From: Azolla caroliniana
Taxonomy: Eukaryota; Plantae; Polypodiophyta
Length of the DNA: 64,000 nt
Direction of reading: 5' to 3'
Assembly (NCBI GenBank): GCA_043228905.1
Contig: JBHGNT010000020.1
Location: 10,540,001 to 10,604,000 of the forward strand
Positions 36,661-50,200 of the stretch are shown in pieces. The translations under genes and the position numbers were made by a program. The notes below the pieces were generated by a model. The model worked only from the letters and a program-made list of their open reading frames with translations. It ran no database searches and was not told the DNA's origin. The first letter of the stretch is position 1. Each line of letters starts with the position of its first letter.

Positions 36661-39600
36661 TTAAGGCCTCTGAAGATGATTAGTAGGTAATGACATGTGG
36701 CCATACATGCCAACCATAGGTGGTTGTAATGATGAGAAAGCACCAGGTTTGACATTATGAGGATTTGTGGTAATCTGATGGTGGTAAGAAGGTAAGTTTT
36801 GATTTCTATGAAAAGGTAACGGTAGAGGTAAAGGTAAAGGTGGCGGAAGGGGGGGTGGGGGGGATGGCGGCGCTGGTGGCAAAGGTGGTGATACTGAAGA
36901 TACAGGATATTGTGAGCAACACATCTGACCAGATGTTAGTGTAGAGGCTCCTGAATATGGAGGCCAGATCGGATATTGAAAAGAGAGCTGCTGCATGGAG
37001 ATATGAGGATATGGCTGCAAGGAAGTACCTTGAAAGGGCAAAAATTGCGTAGATAGCTGGTGAGTATAGTCACTGTTAAATTGGGTATTACTATTATTAT
37101 TATCTGGTTGCTCAAACAGCCTTTGCCTTTTATCAGCTGGAAGAGGGGTTTCAAGTGGTGCCACATAAGCTGGAAGAGGGGTTTCAGCAGAGGATCCTTC
37201 TCCTCCGACTGACAATAATGTTGATGTCGACAATTGTGTTGATAATAAGGGAGCGCTGCTCTTAGCTACAACCTCAGTTGCATTTGTAGGTGTGAGATTA
37301 TCAGCATAATCGATTTTGCAGCCAGCTGCCAATTGGTCACGAAATTGACCGATCATTGCAAATCCTTCAGCTGAACCTTGTATATGACCTGATTCAGGTG
37401 CTCTAGTTGCAATATCAGTTATCTCACTACTGTAGTCGTTAGTAGATACCTGAAGGCACTTACACAGATCCTGAGAACGTTCCAACTGAGCCCGCGCCAT
37501 CTATACACAACATTTGTAAAGAATGGGCATGTCCACATGACAAATTATCAAAGCATTGCATTTTATTTTTTTCTTTGAGAGAAAGGACATGAGATTATTT
37601 CACTCAGTGCCATCTAAACAAAAAAATTAAGAAAGAATGAATAACAATTATGAAGAGATGATTATATCACTCTTTAGAAACACAATGATCAATGAAAGAA
37701 ATCTTCACCTCACGTTGATTTTGAATCATCACAAGTTTGTTCTCCTGTAGTCACAAACATCATTAATTACTCTATGTTCAAGGCTAAGATTTGGAAAATG
37801 GACAAAAAATGACCAAATACCTGTTCTTGCAGAGCTTCCTTTAAAAGGGAAACAAGTGCTACTCTTGCTAGCTCGCTCATGTCCCACTGCTCAATGCAAT
37901 GAGCCAGGATACCTTGCTGACCCTGGAGCTCTTGAGTTACAGTGACTCTGTCGTGTGCCTCACCTTCCAAAGAAACAACCAGTTCCATTCATGAATCATA
38001 GCACTTCAATTACAAAAGAAACATCAGGTGAAGGTATTATATAAGCAATTGCCGACAATAGATAGGCATCCATAATATATTTTACAATACGCAAAAGAAT
38101 GTGTATGTGTATATATACCTAAATAATATGTGTGTGTCTTGTATTTTTTCATCTCATCATACCTACACATATCTGCATGGATATAATATTACATTTTGAC
38201 ATTGTGATTGCACACCTATTCTACTGATCATGGCCTGCATTCTTAGATTAGACATGGATTTCATTGAGAAATAGTCATTTCTCGTACGTCTATTTGGGTG
38301 TCTAGTAACTAATAATGGATACCGGAACTGGAGATGTGACTCTTTTATAGACTCACGACCATAGGTAACCCACAGAGATGTCTGTACACAAAAAATATTT
38401 GCCTTTAAACTAGGGATAGAATCCCTACTTCACAAGAATGTCTTCCTACTATGTGGCAGATCTCCTAAATTCCTATTCTTTACAAAATATACCCAAGCTT
38501 GATCCCACATGATTTGAAGATACTTGAAAGGGTGATCTTCTGCCCAAAACCCAAACTCTCAAATCTATGTTGAGGTGTCCAAAGTTACATAATTCTTCAT
38601 TGGGAAGTAAACATGATATCCCTCAGCCCAAATGTGGCATGTGATTCAGCGACACCAAGGGATTCTTTCTATCCAGCTTAAGAGAATGAGAAGTTGCCAA
38701 TAGGTCCATTAATAAATATTTGAACTCGGATCTTATATATGTACTGTATGACATGCCACTAATTAACTAGGCGTTGCAACATAATGGACTCCAAGATATT
38801 ATTTGTTTTACAGCCATTACAAAGTTCCTAAATAGTCCACCTGGCATGACATACAGCAGAATGCTCAACAAAATAGGTAATCATTGTGGGTCCAGGTTGT
38901 GCAGCTCTACACATGTCCTGCCATAAGCACAACCAATGTGCATGCAACTATATGCTGCACAATGCTCAAAAGTGCAGACCCTCGCATCCTTTAAACAATT
39001 TTCCGTATTATTATTTAAGGGATACGAGAATGAAGTTCTACCATGACAATCTCGTATTCAACTTATACAAACCCAAATTCAAATGATGGTCTAATTATGA
39101 CAAGTAGTTCAATGGTCTGTAAGCAATTACAAAGTTATATAGCCCTCCCATAAGTGAAATAAATCTCCATGTGTTCTTGTATTTTGAGAAGGGAAAGAGC
39201 ATCTTCATAGGATGCAAGTATTATAGAATTTCACATTGGTACACTCATCAGAAAGTAGCTTATTACTAATCAGGATCTGTTACTAGTCCAACTTCCTTTT
39301 TTATATGCCTTCAACTCAGCAAACCTAGGTACAAGATTAATAAGTTCAACTTTGAACAAGTTCAGCATCTCACCAGACGTCCTACATACATTCTTTTAGA
39401 TCATTGTTAAAGACATCCTTCTCCGAGCTCATTGAGGCTAGAAACCTCCACTTCAGCCTTTGTGAGATCAGCATCCAAACTTTCGATTGTTTGACAAGGA
39501 TATGGTTCCATGCTTCATCACACAATGGTAGTCATGACTGTCTAGCTGTAACATCAATGTGGTATGATTGGTCACAATGCTCATTACACCTCACTTATGC

Positions 39601-42286
39601 AGAGATCAACTAAATAGGGAAAGAGTAGCCCTTGTCAAAGATGCCTAAAATAACAAAAGAGGCACATGCACTGTGGGATACTGAATATTCAGTAACACTG
39701 TGTAAGTTGTCCTCTGGTGTCACTATACAGAAAAGGCACATATGCAAAGGTTCCATGTGCACACCTCCAAAAACCACCCCAAACAATTTTCCCCTTAACA
39801 GAAATATGGATAGGTGTTCCCTCACAAAAACAACGCATACAGAGTCAAACCTCTTCACTCACCAGTAACTGCATATTCCTTCATATACTGATGATAAACA
39901 TCATTCTTCATTCTTGCAAAAAGATAGAGAAGGGACCAGCAGCAAGACCTTGAAACTTCTTGAAAATAGGCATCCATTGGGTTGTAATGGACATGTGATC
40001 ATATGTATTGCCATGAAGCAACCAGGTGTTGTGTTATAATAAAACATGAATGCAATTTTTCCTGGTATCATTGCCAGCATGCCACAAGGAACAAGGATGA
40101 CTGTCCTCTCATGAGAAATTCCACTATGTTAAATAAACTCAGACTCTACTTTTGACAACGGCAGGTGTATAAAACCATTAGGTTGAAGGAGACATCCAAA
40201 TTGTCCAGCAGTATTTTGAAGAGTTGTTTTATGATTCTCAACCATAGCTATATTTGATCACTGTAATTGTCTTATGAATACACAATATTACACATGACGA
40301 TGGAAAATTATCTCATGTCTACACATGCTGCATATAAAAATTGGCTCACCAGAGTTTATATCAGCGACATCCTTGACCAAACTATCAATATGGATTATTG
40401 CAGCATTGCATCTACCAAGTGTTGCATCCTCTTCAGATGCAATATCATTCACAGACCCGTATGCTGATGTCAACTTTTCCTGAATGTTACCAGTTGGAAC
40501 TTTCTACACAAATTAGAAAAATAGGCTATTACAATATCGTGAGGTATGGCCTCCGAAAAAGTCATGTGCTTAGATTTTTAAATATCTTTACAATTTTGGT
40601 AGTATGGTTTAACTTGGCATGCTTCTCCAACAGATCTACTGGTGATTCACTCCCAAGCAACTCCTCTTTCAATGTCCTTGTTCTTGCTCCAAAGACCTTT
40701 CGCTCATCCCAGATGTCTACCTGCTTGTGCACATTTCAAAAAATTAGCAATGCGTATTTAAATGCATCTAACTCAATCTATAAACCCATTAACAACATAC
40801 CAACCGCGACACAACACTTTGAGCTTTGCTGTCCCCCTTCTCAATGACATTCTTTAAGGCCCCTGGAAGTATATTCCAAAATTCAGACACAAACTCTTCT
40901 CCCCGACGTTTGCTGTTCTGTATGATGTCATTTGCAAGGTAAAGGAAAGGCACAGATTGCTCTTTTGGAAGCTCTCTAAGCTGCTTGTCCCAAGTCTCAA
41001 CAACCAAGTGAGCTTTCTTGCGGTGAAAGATACACCAATGAGATAGAGCTGAACAAGACAAAAAAAGGAAAATTGTAATTCCATTGAACAAATATGGAAA
41101 TGCACAAATCAACATTAATGGAAATCACTGGCAATAGGTTACATGAAGGTAAGCAGAAAGGATATTGCATAAAAATATTGTTCCAGAAGTACATTTACTC
41201 TTCTTAAAAAATTCTGCAGTGAATATCATAAATCTCAAATGTTATGAGAAAAGACTTTCAACTCTGCTCGATAAAAAATTCCATCCCTATTACCAGTACT
41301 TTCGTTTTCTATTTACTTGGTTATGTCATCATAATTTGATAGGTTAAAAGTTGCATTAAAGGTTTTAATTGTTGAGATATTTTCCTGTAAATCATCATAT
41401 GGGAACCACTTCTCTGAAATAGACTGGAATAGAACCAACCTTTTCTTTTCTTTTTTTCTTTTAATCTCTCCATCCATTCTGGGTTGGTGGGAATGTGCCT
41501 AGGATTCCCCCTCGGAGGGAAGTAGAGTACTTTTCTCTCACCAAGTGAGTAGTAAAGGAAGGATACCCAAATCTATCACTTGGTCTTGACATATAACACA
41601 TGTAAATTTTGCATGTTTACTAAGTAGAAATGCGATCAAAAATCATCGTGCTTATCTAGTATACGAAATGGCTCATTATGTGCCTCCAAGTATAGGAAAA
41701 TGACTCATTCTGTGTTTTCAAGGAACATGAAGATATTGGCGCACAAAGTTTCAATACTCGCATGGCAGACTTTAGTATAAATTTAAGGTTGATTGCAAAG
41801 ATTAGATTCAAAGTGACTGATCATTTACATAAAACTTGATTAAGATAGAGGACCAATATCAATAGTTTGTGTCGGGTAGGTTATGATCAAAATTGTCTCC
41901 TATACAATATGCAATAATGTATCCAGTAGAGATATATCAAAAATATAATTCAAATTTTCTTCTGAAACAGATATGCAATCACCCTTTACGTCTGATTGGA
42001 TTAACTGTGATATAATGAAGAAATATAACAAAATTCAAGAAAAATTGGACTTTTTTCATAACCCTTTTAAAAGCTAGCTATATATAATTATATATAATAT
42101 ATGGTCAGTGATGATTCAGCTTGAGATCTTTCCGATATAAACATCAGTTTAATCAAAAAGTCTAAACTTAAATTTTACATTTGCAAAAGGAAAAGTTTTC
42201 AAAGGCATACTCTCTATACTATGTTGTGAGTTGTCCAATTTCCTCAATTTTTCAGTTAGAATCTGGTTGTTAAATGTGTTGTTCAT
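36661..42286 (-). CDS. CID-domain protein, RPRD1A/B-like (regulation of nuclear pre-mRNA domain), Pro-rich C-terminus. Coding exons 42211-42286, 40801-41048, 40592-40720, 40350-40503, 37821-37963, 37709-37744, 36661-37500; probable 5' UTR exon near 43219-43340
   Basis: MNNTFNNQILTEKLRKLDNSQHSIETLSHWCIFHRKKA...FLYLANDIIQNSKRRG...RLVDIWDERKVFG is a CID signature; all introns GT-AG with consistent phases. Confidence 0.9.
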
Positions 42287-44064
42287 CCTTTCGACACTTG
42301 ATAATACTGGAAAAAAGGAAGCATCATATCAAACCTTGAGAGGAGAATTGCTGATGTTAGGATCAAATATATGATACACAATATCATTTATCTAAAATTT
42401 TATGTGCAATAACTCTTTAAATTGCACATATATGGGTCTACGCATACATATAAGTGCATATATACATTAGAGATAGATAATTTTGTGCACATATGTACAT
42501 AAGCATCGTATTATATGAAGATGTAATGATTTCAACATCTATCTATACACAAATGATGCATATATGTGCTGCACATATATATACATAGTACATTCATGTA
42601 TGTGTGCATTGCATCATAATCAAAATGTAGTGCTTTTAGACATTGTACAGATAAATGAAAACAATACCCATATACTTCGAGATAAAGATATACATGCATA
42701 AGCATGTTATATGTAGATACACACATACTTCTTCCAAAATATACTTGCAACCATACATTTTCTTTTACACAAACTTGTGTATCATACATACATACAATCA
42801 ACATATATGCGATGTCTGCATTGGACCGTATGCATATTGAATGTTTTTTCAGACATCCCAACGATGTGTGTGAGCTTGTAGACCTACAAAACATTTGCAT
42901 ATGTACATGGAAACATACACATGTTCCAAAATATAACTGAAAAAAATATACACATGCTTCTAATCATACACATGTATGCGCACTTATGACATACATACAT
43001 ATAGATATAGATATAGATATAGATATGTAAATGCGTCATAGGCTGCATAGTATGCATAATTAGTTGTTTGATACATCTAACTTATACATCTGATGAACGA
43101 TTCAAATAGATCATGGCTACCGCAACACAACCAACACAGTGTCTAGGTATGCTACTATGAGGGACACACAATCCACCGCACAGGTATATATAGCCGCGTA
43201 AAAACAACCATACATACCTTCAATATGTAGAGGAGGAAGTTCAAACAGGGGCAGCCATACTCTGCGCCGACGTTTGTGTCTGATCCAAAATCAACCCTAA
43301 TCCAATGCTTCCTCTAGCTCTTCCAGAGAGCAGAGGATTTTCTTGTTCTAAAGACAAAACAAATAAAATGTGTATTAGTATGTATGTACATATACATATG
43401 TATATAAATATATGATATAATATATATAATCTAATATATTAAATAAAAGGAAAAAACGAGAGAAGTACCCCTGAGTAAATTTAGTTAATTCCAAGAATGC
43501 CCCCCTCACTTCCAATAGCTGTCATTTATTTGGACAATTGTTAGTTATATGGTCAATTCTGTCACAAACTTCTGGAAATTGGACCATGATGATCCATCCA
43601 CCTCCAAACAAAAGGACACGAGATGAATTAAAAACCTCATTGAAATTCCCATACCATTGAATATAGCTTTCTATTATACCTCAGCCATCAGCTATATTAT
43701 GAATATGAAAGACAATATCTTTGCCTCACCAACAAAGTCTCTATGGTGTTTGGGAGATATCATGTCAAAGGGAAGTAGAATATAATAGAATTCCTCTAGC
43801 TTTTGGATTACCATAGATCCCAAATGCATATAAGTTGTCTGAAGTCCTAGGAGAATCAATATCTCAGTTACCATACCCGTAAATTCATTGAAATTGGCTT
43901 TTTAATTTTGGTCAATAGGTTTGTGACCTTAACAACCTCCACTATTTCATACTCTATTTCATACGAATTTATGTTGGAGTCATGTATGTATAAGGTAACC
44001 CTTGCACAAAACAAGGTTCTTGGTTACGAGATTGTTATGATGAGAACTATTTGATGATATATTC

Positions 44065-45500
44065 CATATGCATTTAACATAGTTTTGTGGTCGTGTATAT
44101 ATAAAGTACCCCGTGCACAAAACAATGTTCTTAGTTGCAAGATTACTACGATGGGTTTAGAATAGTGCACGATGTATGTATGTATGTATTATGCCAAGTG
44201 AAGCATTTATAAGTATTGGGAGCGTTGTCGTGAAGGATTCCGACCATTGGAGAAAGGGGAGCCGGATGCGTGCGAATGGAGATGTGTAAGGATGCACATG
44301 AACTAGGCTTAATGTGCATATGTAAATATTGAGAATAATAAGTACAAGACAAAGATCATAGAGTAGGTATTTTAATGCAACGGATAGAGAAGGGGGAATG
44401 ACAACGTGTGATGGCAGAGGATCATGGGAAGATCTCTAACCAAAACAGATGCAATTACTCCTGATGTAACGGCCTTCATTTGTGCTATAAAAGGGGAGGA
44501 GTGGAATTGTTGAGGGGCGCAGCGTTTCAAGGAGGAGGCGTTGCCGGATTGTAGAGTCGATTGCTTGTTTTTTGTTTTGTGTTTTATGTCGTGGTAGTGT
44601 GAGGCCTTTGTTCGCGCAGGAAGCCCATGTGCTCCCGATCAAAGGCTCACCGGTGTCTGTGCGGGTGCTTGAAGGGCTAGAAGCTCGGTTACTAACCGAG
44701 TCCGATTGTATTCCTCTCTGATTGATTGACTAACTGATTATCTTTGTTACATCCGGTTTTCTTTGTGTCGTTGTGTGTCTCTTTGTCTTTCAATTCACAT
44801 TCTCATCTCAGCTGCCTTTCGCTTGCGTGCTTGTCTGAGCCCATGAGCCTGTGCGCTCATCATCATCCGGAATCCAGAGGCAGGTCCATATAGTAGTACT
44901 ACATTGTGGACCCGTGGGCCCGTGAAGGCATCTGGTAATCGAACCGAATAACACCATGTCTCTCTCTCTCTCTCTGTGGCTCCTTGGTCCAAGACCCCGG
45001 TGGTCCCGTCCCGATCTGGCACGTACCCGCAGGTATCCGCGACAACGTGTTACATGCAATCAATGGTCATTGTAATGAGTTATATTCAAAGGACTCTCTA
45101 CGAGAATTGTCATTAGTACTTTATGATACATTAGAAACATACTAGTGACCATTCATGAAGGCTCCCCAATTTAGGGAACTCCACCACCTCCATGCCATTT
45201 AACATAGTTTTGTTGTCGTGTATATATAAAGTACCCCTTGCACAAAACAATGTTCTTCGTTACAAGATTACTACGATGGGTTTAGAATAACGCACGATGT
45301 ATGTATGTATTATGCCATGTAAAGCATTCATACATATTGGGAGGGTGCTACATGCAATCAATGGTCATCGTAAATAGTTATATTCGAAGGACTCTCTACT
45401 AGAATTGTCATTGGTTTTTTGTCATACATTAGAAACATATAAGTTATCGTTCACAATGGCTTCCCAATTTAGGAAACTCCACCATCTCCATGCCATTGAA
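44065..45500. repeat. Imperfect ~300-bp tandem duplication, first copy interrupted by a solo LTR
   Basis: 44070-44225 matches 45195-45345; 45050-45200 matches 45348-45497. Confidence 0.8.
44226..45044 (+). mobile_element. Solo LTR
   Basis: TGTCGTG...CGCGACA termini, internal TATAAAAG (~44487), 4-bp TSD GCGT/ACGT, empty site visible in the sister repeat copy. Confidence 0.75.
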
Positions 45501-46821
45501 AGCTAGACAAAGAGAACAATGTGACCAATGTGGTAGTTGGCTTGTGAAACCTCTATTTCTTATTTAACTTAAGCATTGACCAATGATTACCTCAAATTAA
45601 CGATTTGTTATTATCAACAATGGTGGGCCTGAGACACGATGGTGCAAGGTTCTCAATTATTCTCAAGGTAGGGTATCAATATTATTAGGGGGCATGTAGC
45701 TTAACATTAGATGCTTAGTTTTCCATGTAATGCTTGGTTTGGTGAAGAATGCAAGGCTCTTCTCAAAATGTTCAAAGCTTGCAAAAGATAAAAATGAGAA
45801 TGTTGTAACATTATATCAATATCAAAGAATGGTGAGGAGGAGGAGATATTTGTTATCAATATCGAGTTATCATGTAAGGTAGCTTAATTATGGCAAGATT
45901 ATATAATATTACAAAATGAAATATTAGATCACGGGTTGAACATAATCACAAATGATCACTTGCTCGAGCAGGCTTCACACCAAAACATTCAACTATCAAT
46001 CATTTGGTTACAATAAGTTATAATGGAAGAAAGTTGACTTCAAGGGAAAACATTGTATTGTTGGTTTGTGGACTTCAATAAATCCTTTGACATTGTACTA
46101 AGGAATGAGATTTAGAAAAGAATAATAGAGATTGGAATCCCATTACAGTATAAAGAAGTCATACGAATATATGAGCAAGTCATGTGCCGATTGAAAATGG
46201 ATAATAGTTTATCAAATTACTTTTTGACCAACATGGGGTCAAGCAAGGGTGTCCAAAATTTCCCACAATCTTGGTCTATGCATCGATAAACTCGAAGAAA
46301 TAGTAAATAAGGTTGCAAAAGAATATGGATTAGATTGACCAAAACTCATGTACAAGCTTATTTTTGTGCTCCTATTTAATGTGGATGATATGCAACACTT
46401 ACTTGATGTATTGGGCACATTCAGTCGAATTAGTGGGCTAACAGTTAACATGAAGAAAACAAAAATGATGGCAATAAAGACAATGCAACAAAGACACTAC
46501 CCCACTTTTACATACAACAAAGAACCAAAACAAGTGGTTCAAAGCTTCTTATATTCTTGTATTAATGTCTAATCAACAAATAGATAGAATGTATGCTATG
46601 TATGAGTCTTGACTCTGAGCTAGGTAGAATGGTTCATATATGCCTAAGAATCAATGCAACCAAAGTGATACTCAAGGATGGGAAGTGAGTTTGATATTAT
46701 TCAATGTTATGGTGGTTCGAGCGTTGTTGTATGGAGTGGAAGCGTGAGGTGGCACTGTACTCACTTGGTGCCTGAAACAATATAGATAAAATTCAAAAAA
46801 ATGTTATTACATAGACAATTT

Positions 46822-46852
<31 letters not shown>

Positions 46853-47214
46853 GATCCTCAACATCCTATCCTATCATGATATTAAAACCAGGTACTTGGT
46901 CCATAAAGGTACTAGCCACACAAAGAGTCTACAAATATATCACAAAAGTAAAGAATATGAATGATCATTGACGGGCGAAAAAGTTTGGAACATAGGAAGC
47001 AAGATAAAATTCTCTCATTTGGTTAGGTGCTTAACATTATGAAATGTTTGAGATGTGGGAAGTAAAATACCTATTGGAGCTCTTCGATGATGGTATGGAG
47101 TGCGTGATCATGATGGATTACTAGATGCACAAAGGATAAAGTGGTGGTAAATGTTAAAATGTCAAAATTGGAATATTACACTGCAAATATCAACCCCAAT
47201 AGTGGCACCAATAC

Positions 47215-50200
47215 TGTTGAACAACAGGGCTCGGCCACAACCGAGGAATAGAATCAACTCACAGAAAACAGGAAATACAAAAAAAATGCTCGAAGACAAT
47301 AGAGAGAAGAGTACACAGGATGTTTTACGTGGAAAACCCTAAATGGGAAAAACCACGGGAGTCCTCAAACTCCTACTATCACTATGAACAGGGATGTACA
47401 CTGGTGAAGCTACAAGGCAACAACCTTGAGCTCACTGTCTTCGCCACAGGCGGCGGTAATACACAGAGGCAACGACCTCTTCGTCTCTCTCTCTCTCTCT
47501 CTCTCTCGGCTGCTCTCACTTCGCATAAAAACTGAGCAACAACTACAAACTGTTTGCCCTAAGTCATATTTATACACATATGACTTTCGGGCTATTTACA
47601 AATATAGCCTCAAGGGCTCTTGGCAAACATATTCACAAATATGTCCCCGCATCCGGATCTCTCTCCGGGTACATTCGTCATCCGGCTCCGTAACCGGGGT
47701 CTTCATCATCCGGATCCGTATCCGGGTACTCTTCATCCGGCTTCATGCCGGGTACTCTTCATCATCCGGTTCCGTAACCGCAACCGGGCTTGCCGTCATT
47801 CATCTCCGGACATCCCATCCGGAGGGACCGAAATCCCAACAAACTCCCCCTTCACTTCGGCATGGGATGTCTCTCCAATCCGACTCTCTTCCGACACGCT
47901 CCCAGCTTGTCGGGTGTGAGCACTTTGGTCAGCATATCTGACCCGTTCTCTTCCGTGTGGATCTTCGTCAGCACGAACTCCTGGTCTTCTATCCTTTCCC
48001 GGATCCAGTGATATCTTCGCTGGATGTGCTTCGTCCGGGAGTGATAGGCCGCGTTCTTCGCAAGGTGGATGGCACTCTGACTGTCGCAGTAGAGTCGGTA
48101 CTCCTCTTGCCGGATACCGAGCTCTCTAATGAAGTCCTTCATCCATATTATTTCCTTGCCGGCTTCAACAGCTGCCATGTACTCCGCCTCCGTGGTTGAC
48201 AGCGCAACCGTCTTCTGCAGCCTCGACTGCCACGAAACAGCTCCCCCTGCATACGTCATCACATACCCTAATGTGGACCGGCTGGTATCTGCATCAGCCG
48301 ACATATCCGAATCAGTAAAGCCGTCGAGTTCGGGCTTACCGGAGCCGAATCGGAGGCACACATTTGCCGTGCCCTTCAGGTATCGGAGTATCCACTTGAC
48401 CGCGTTCCAGTGCTCTTTGCCGGGATTGCTCATGTATCGGCTCACCACTCCAACTGCATATCCTATGTCCGGTCTTGTACACACCATTGCGTACATCAAG
48501 CTTCCAACGGCAGAGGCATATGGTACTTTCATCATGTCCTCCTTCTCAGCCTTTGTCTTGGGGCTTTGCTTGCTGGACAACTTGCAGTTTGCCGGGAGGG
48601 TTGACCCGACCGGTCTTGCTTCCGACATGTTGAACCGGTGAAGCACCTTTGTCACGTACTTCTCCTGTGACAGCCACAACTGCTTCTTCTTCCGGTCCCG
48701 GATGATGTGCATCCCTAGTATTTGCCTCGCCGGACCCAGGTCCTTCATTGAGAAGGTTTGGTGAAGCGCTTTCTTCAGTGTCCGTATCTTGACCTGGTCC
48801 CGTCCGACGATCAACATGTCGTCCACGTATAGGAGGAGTATTAGAGAGTCTCCTCCTTCGAACTTCTTCACAAACACGCAGTGATCGGACTGCGTTTTGT
48901 GGTACCCTTCGTCGGTCATGAAGGAGTCGAACTTCCGGTACCATTGCCGGGGAGCCTGCTTCAGTCCGTAAAGACTCTTCTTCAACCGGCATACCAGGTG
49001 CTCCTTCCCTTTCTTCTCGAATCCTTCCGGTTGCTGCATGTAGATCTCTTCTTCGAGGTCACCGTGAAGGAATGTCGTCTTCACGTCCATCTGTTCTACC
49101 TCGAGGTTCATGCTTGCCGCTATGCTCAGCACCGTCCGGATGGAGGTCATCTTCACTACCGGGGCAAATATCTCGTCGAAATCGACGCCCTTCTTTTGCT
49201 GGAACCCCTTCACCACGATCCTGGCTTTGTATCTCGGGGGGTTTCCGGCATCTCCCGGTTTCAGCTTGAACACCCACTTGTTTCGTAGTGCCCGCTTTCC
49301 TTTTGGCAACTCCACAAGTTCATATGTGTGGTTCTCATGCAGGGAATCCATCTCGTCCTGCATGGCACTCAACCACCTGCGGCTCTGGGTGTCATGCTTT
49401 GCTTCTTCAAAGCTCTCCGGCTCCCCCTCGTCGGTTAGCAGCACGTGCTCTGGTTCCGGAAATCTCCGGGGGGCCCTTCTCTCTCTTAGAGGATATCTCC
49501 GTTCCGGAGCTTCGGTAACCGGCTGCTCCGTTTCCTCTTCATCCGAATCCATTTCGGGATCGGGGCCAGTTCCGGTATCAGTTTCATCTTCCTCGGCTGG
49601 TTCTGTTTCTTCACCGTCTTCGGCCGGATCCTCGAGTGCTAACCGGTCCCTTGCCGGTCGGGACTGCTCCTCGTAGAGTTTATCCTCACCGGTCGACTTG
49701 GAGCTCTTCATCTTCTTCTCCGACTCCCAGTCGGCGAGTGTCTTGTCCTCCATGAAGATGATATCTCGACTCCTGAATATCTTCTTGTCGACCGGGTCCC
49801 ATACTCGGTAGCCGAACTCGTCGTCGCCGTAACCGAGGAATATGCATGGCCGGGTCTTTGGATCTAACTTTCCTCTCCGGTCCTTTGCCACATGCACGTA
49901 TGCGAGACACCCGAACACCTTCAGATGCCGGTAGGACACTTCCTTACCGGTCCACACTTTCTGCGGCGTGTCTCCGTCCAAAGGTACTGAGGGTGATCTA
50001 TTTATCACATACGTCGCCGTCGACATTGCCTCAGCCCAAAATCCCTTGGGTAATTTCGCATGCGCCAGCATACTCCGGACCCTCTCCATTATGGTCCGGT
50101 TCATCCTCTCGGCCAGCCCGTTCAGTTCTGGCGTCTTCGGCACAGTAAACTCGAGCTGGATTCCCTTCGAGCGACAGTACTCCTGGAACTGCCCCTGGTA

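Noticed and set aside
36661-37500. Stand-alone 279-aa Pro-rich gene
   Set aside because: Its ATG directly follows an AG acceptor and is in phase as the last exon of the CID gene
46819-46853. Poly-T/poly-G run as a regulatory G-quadruplex
   Set aside because: Homopolymer inside a decayed LINE; length unreliable and no supporting context
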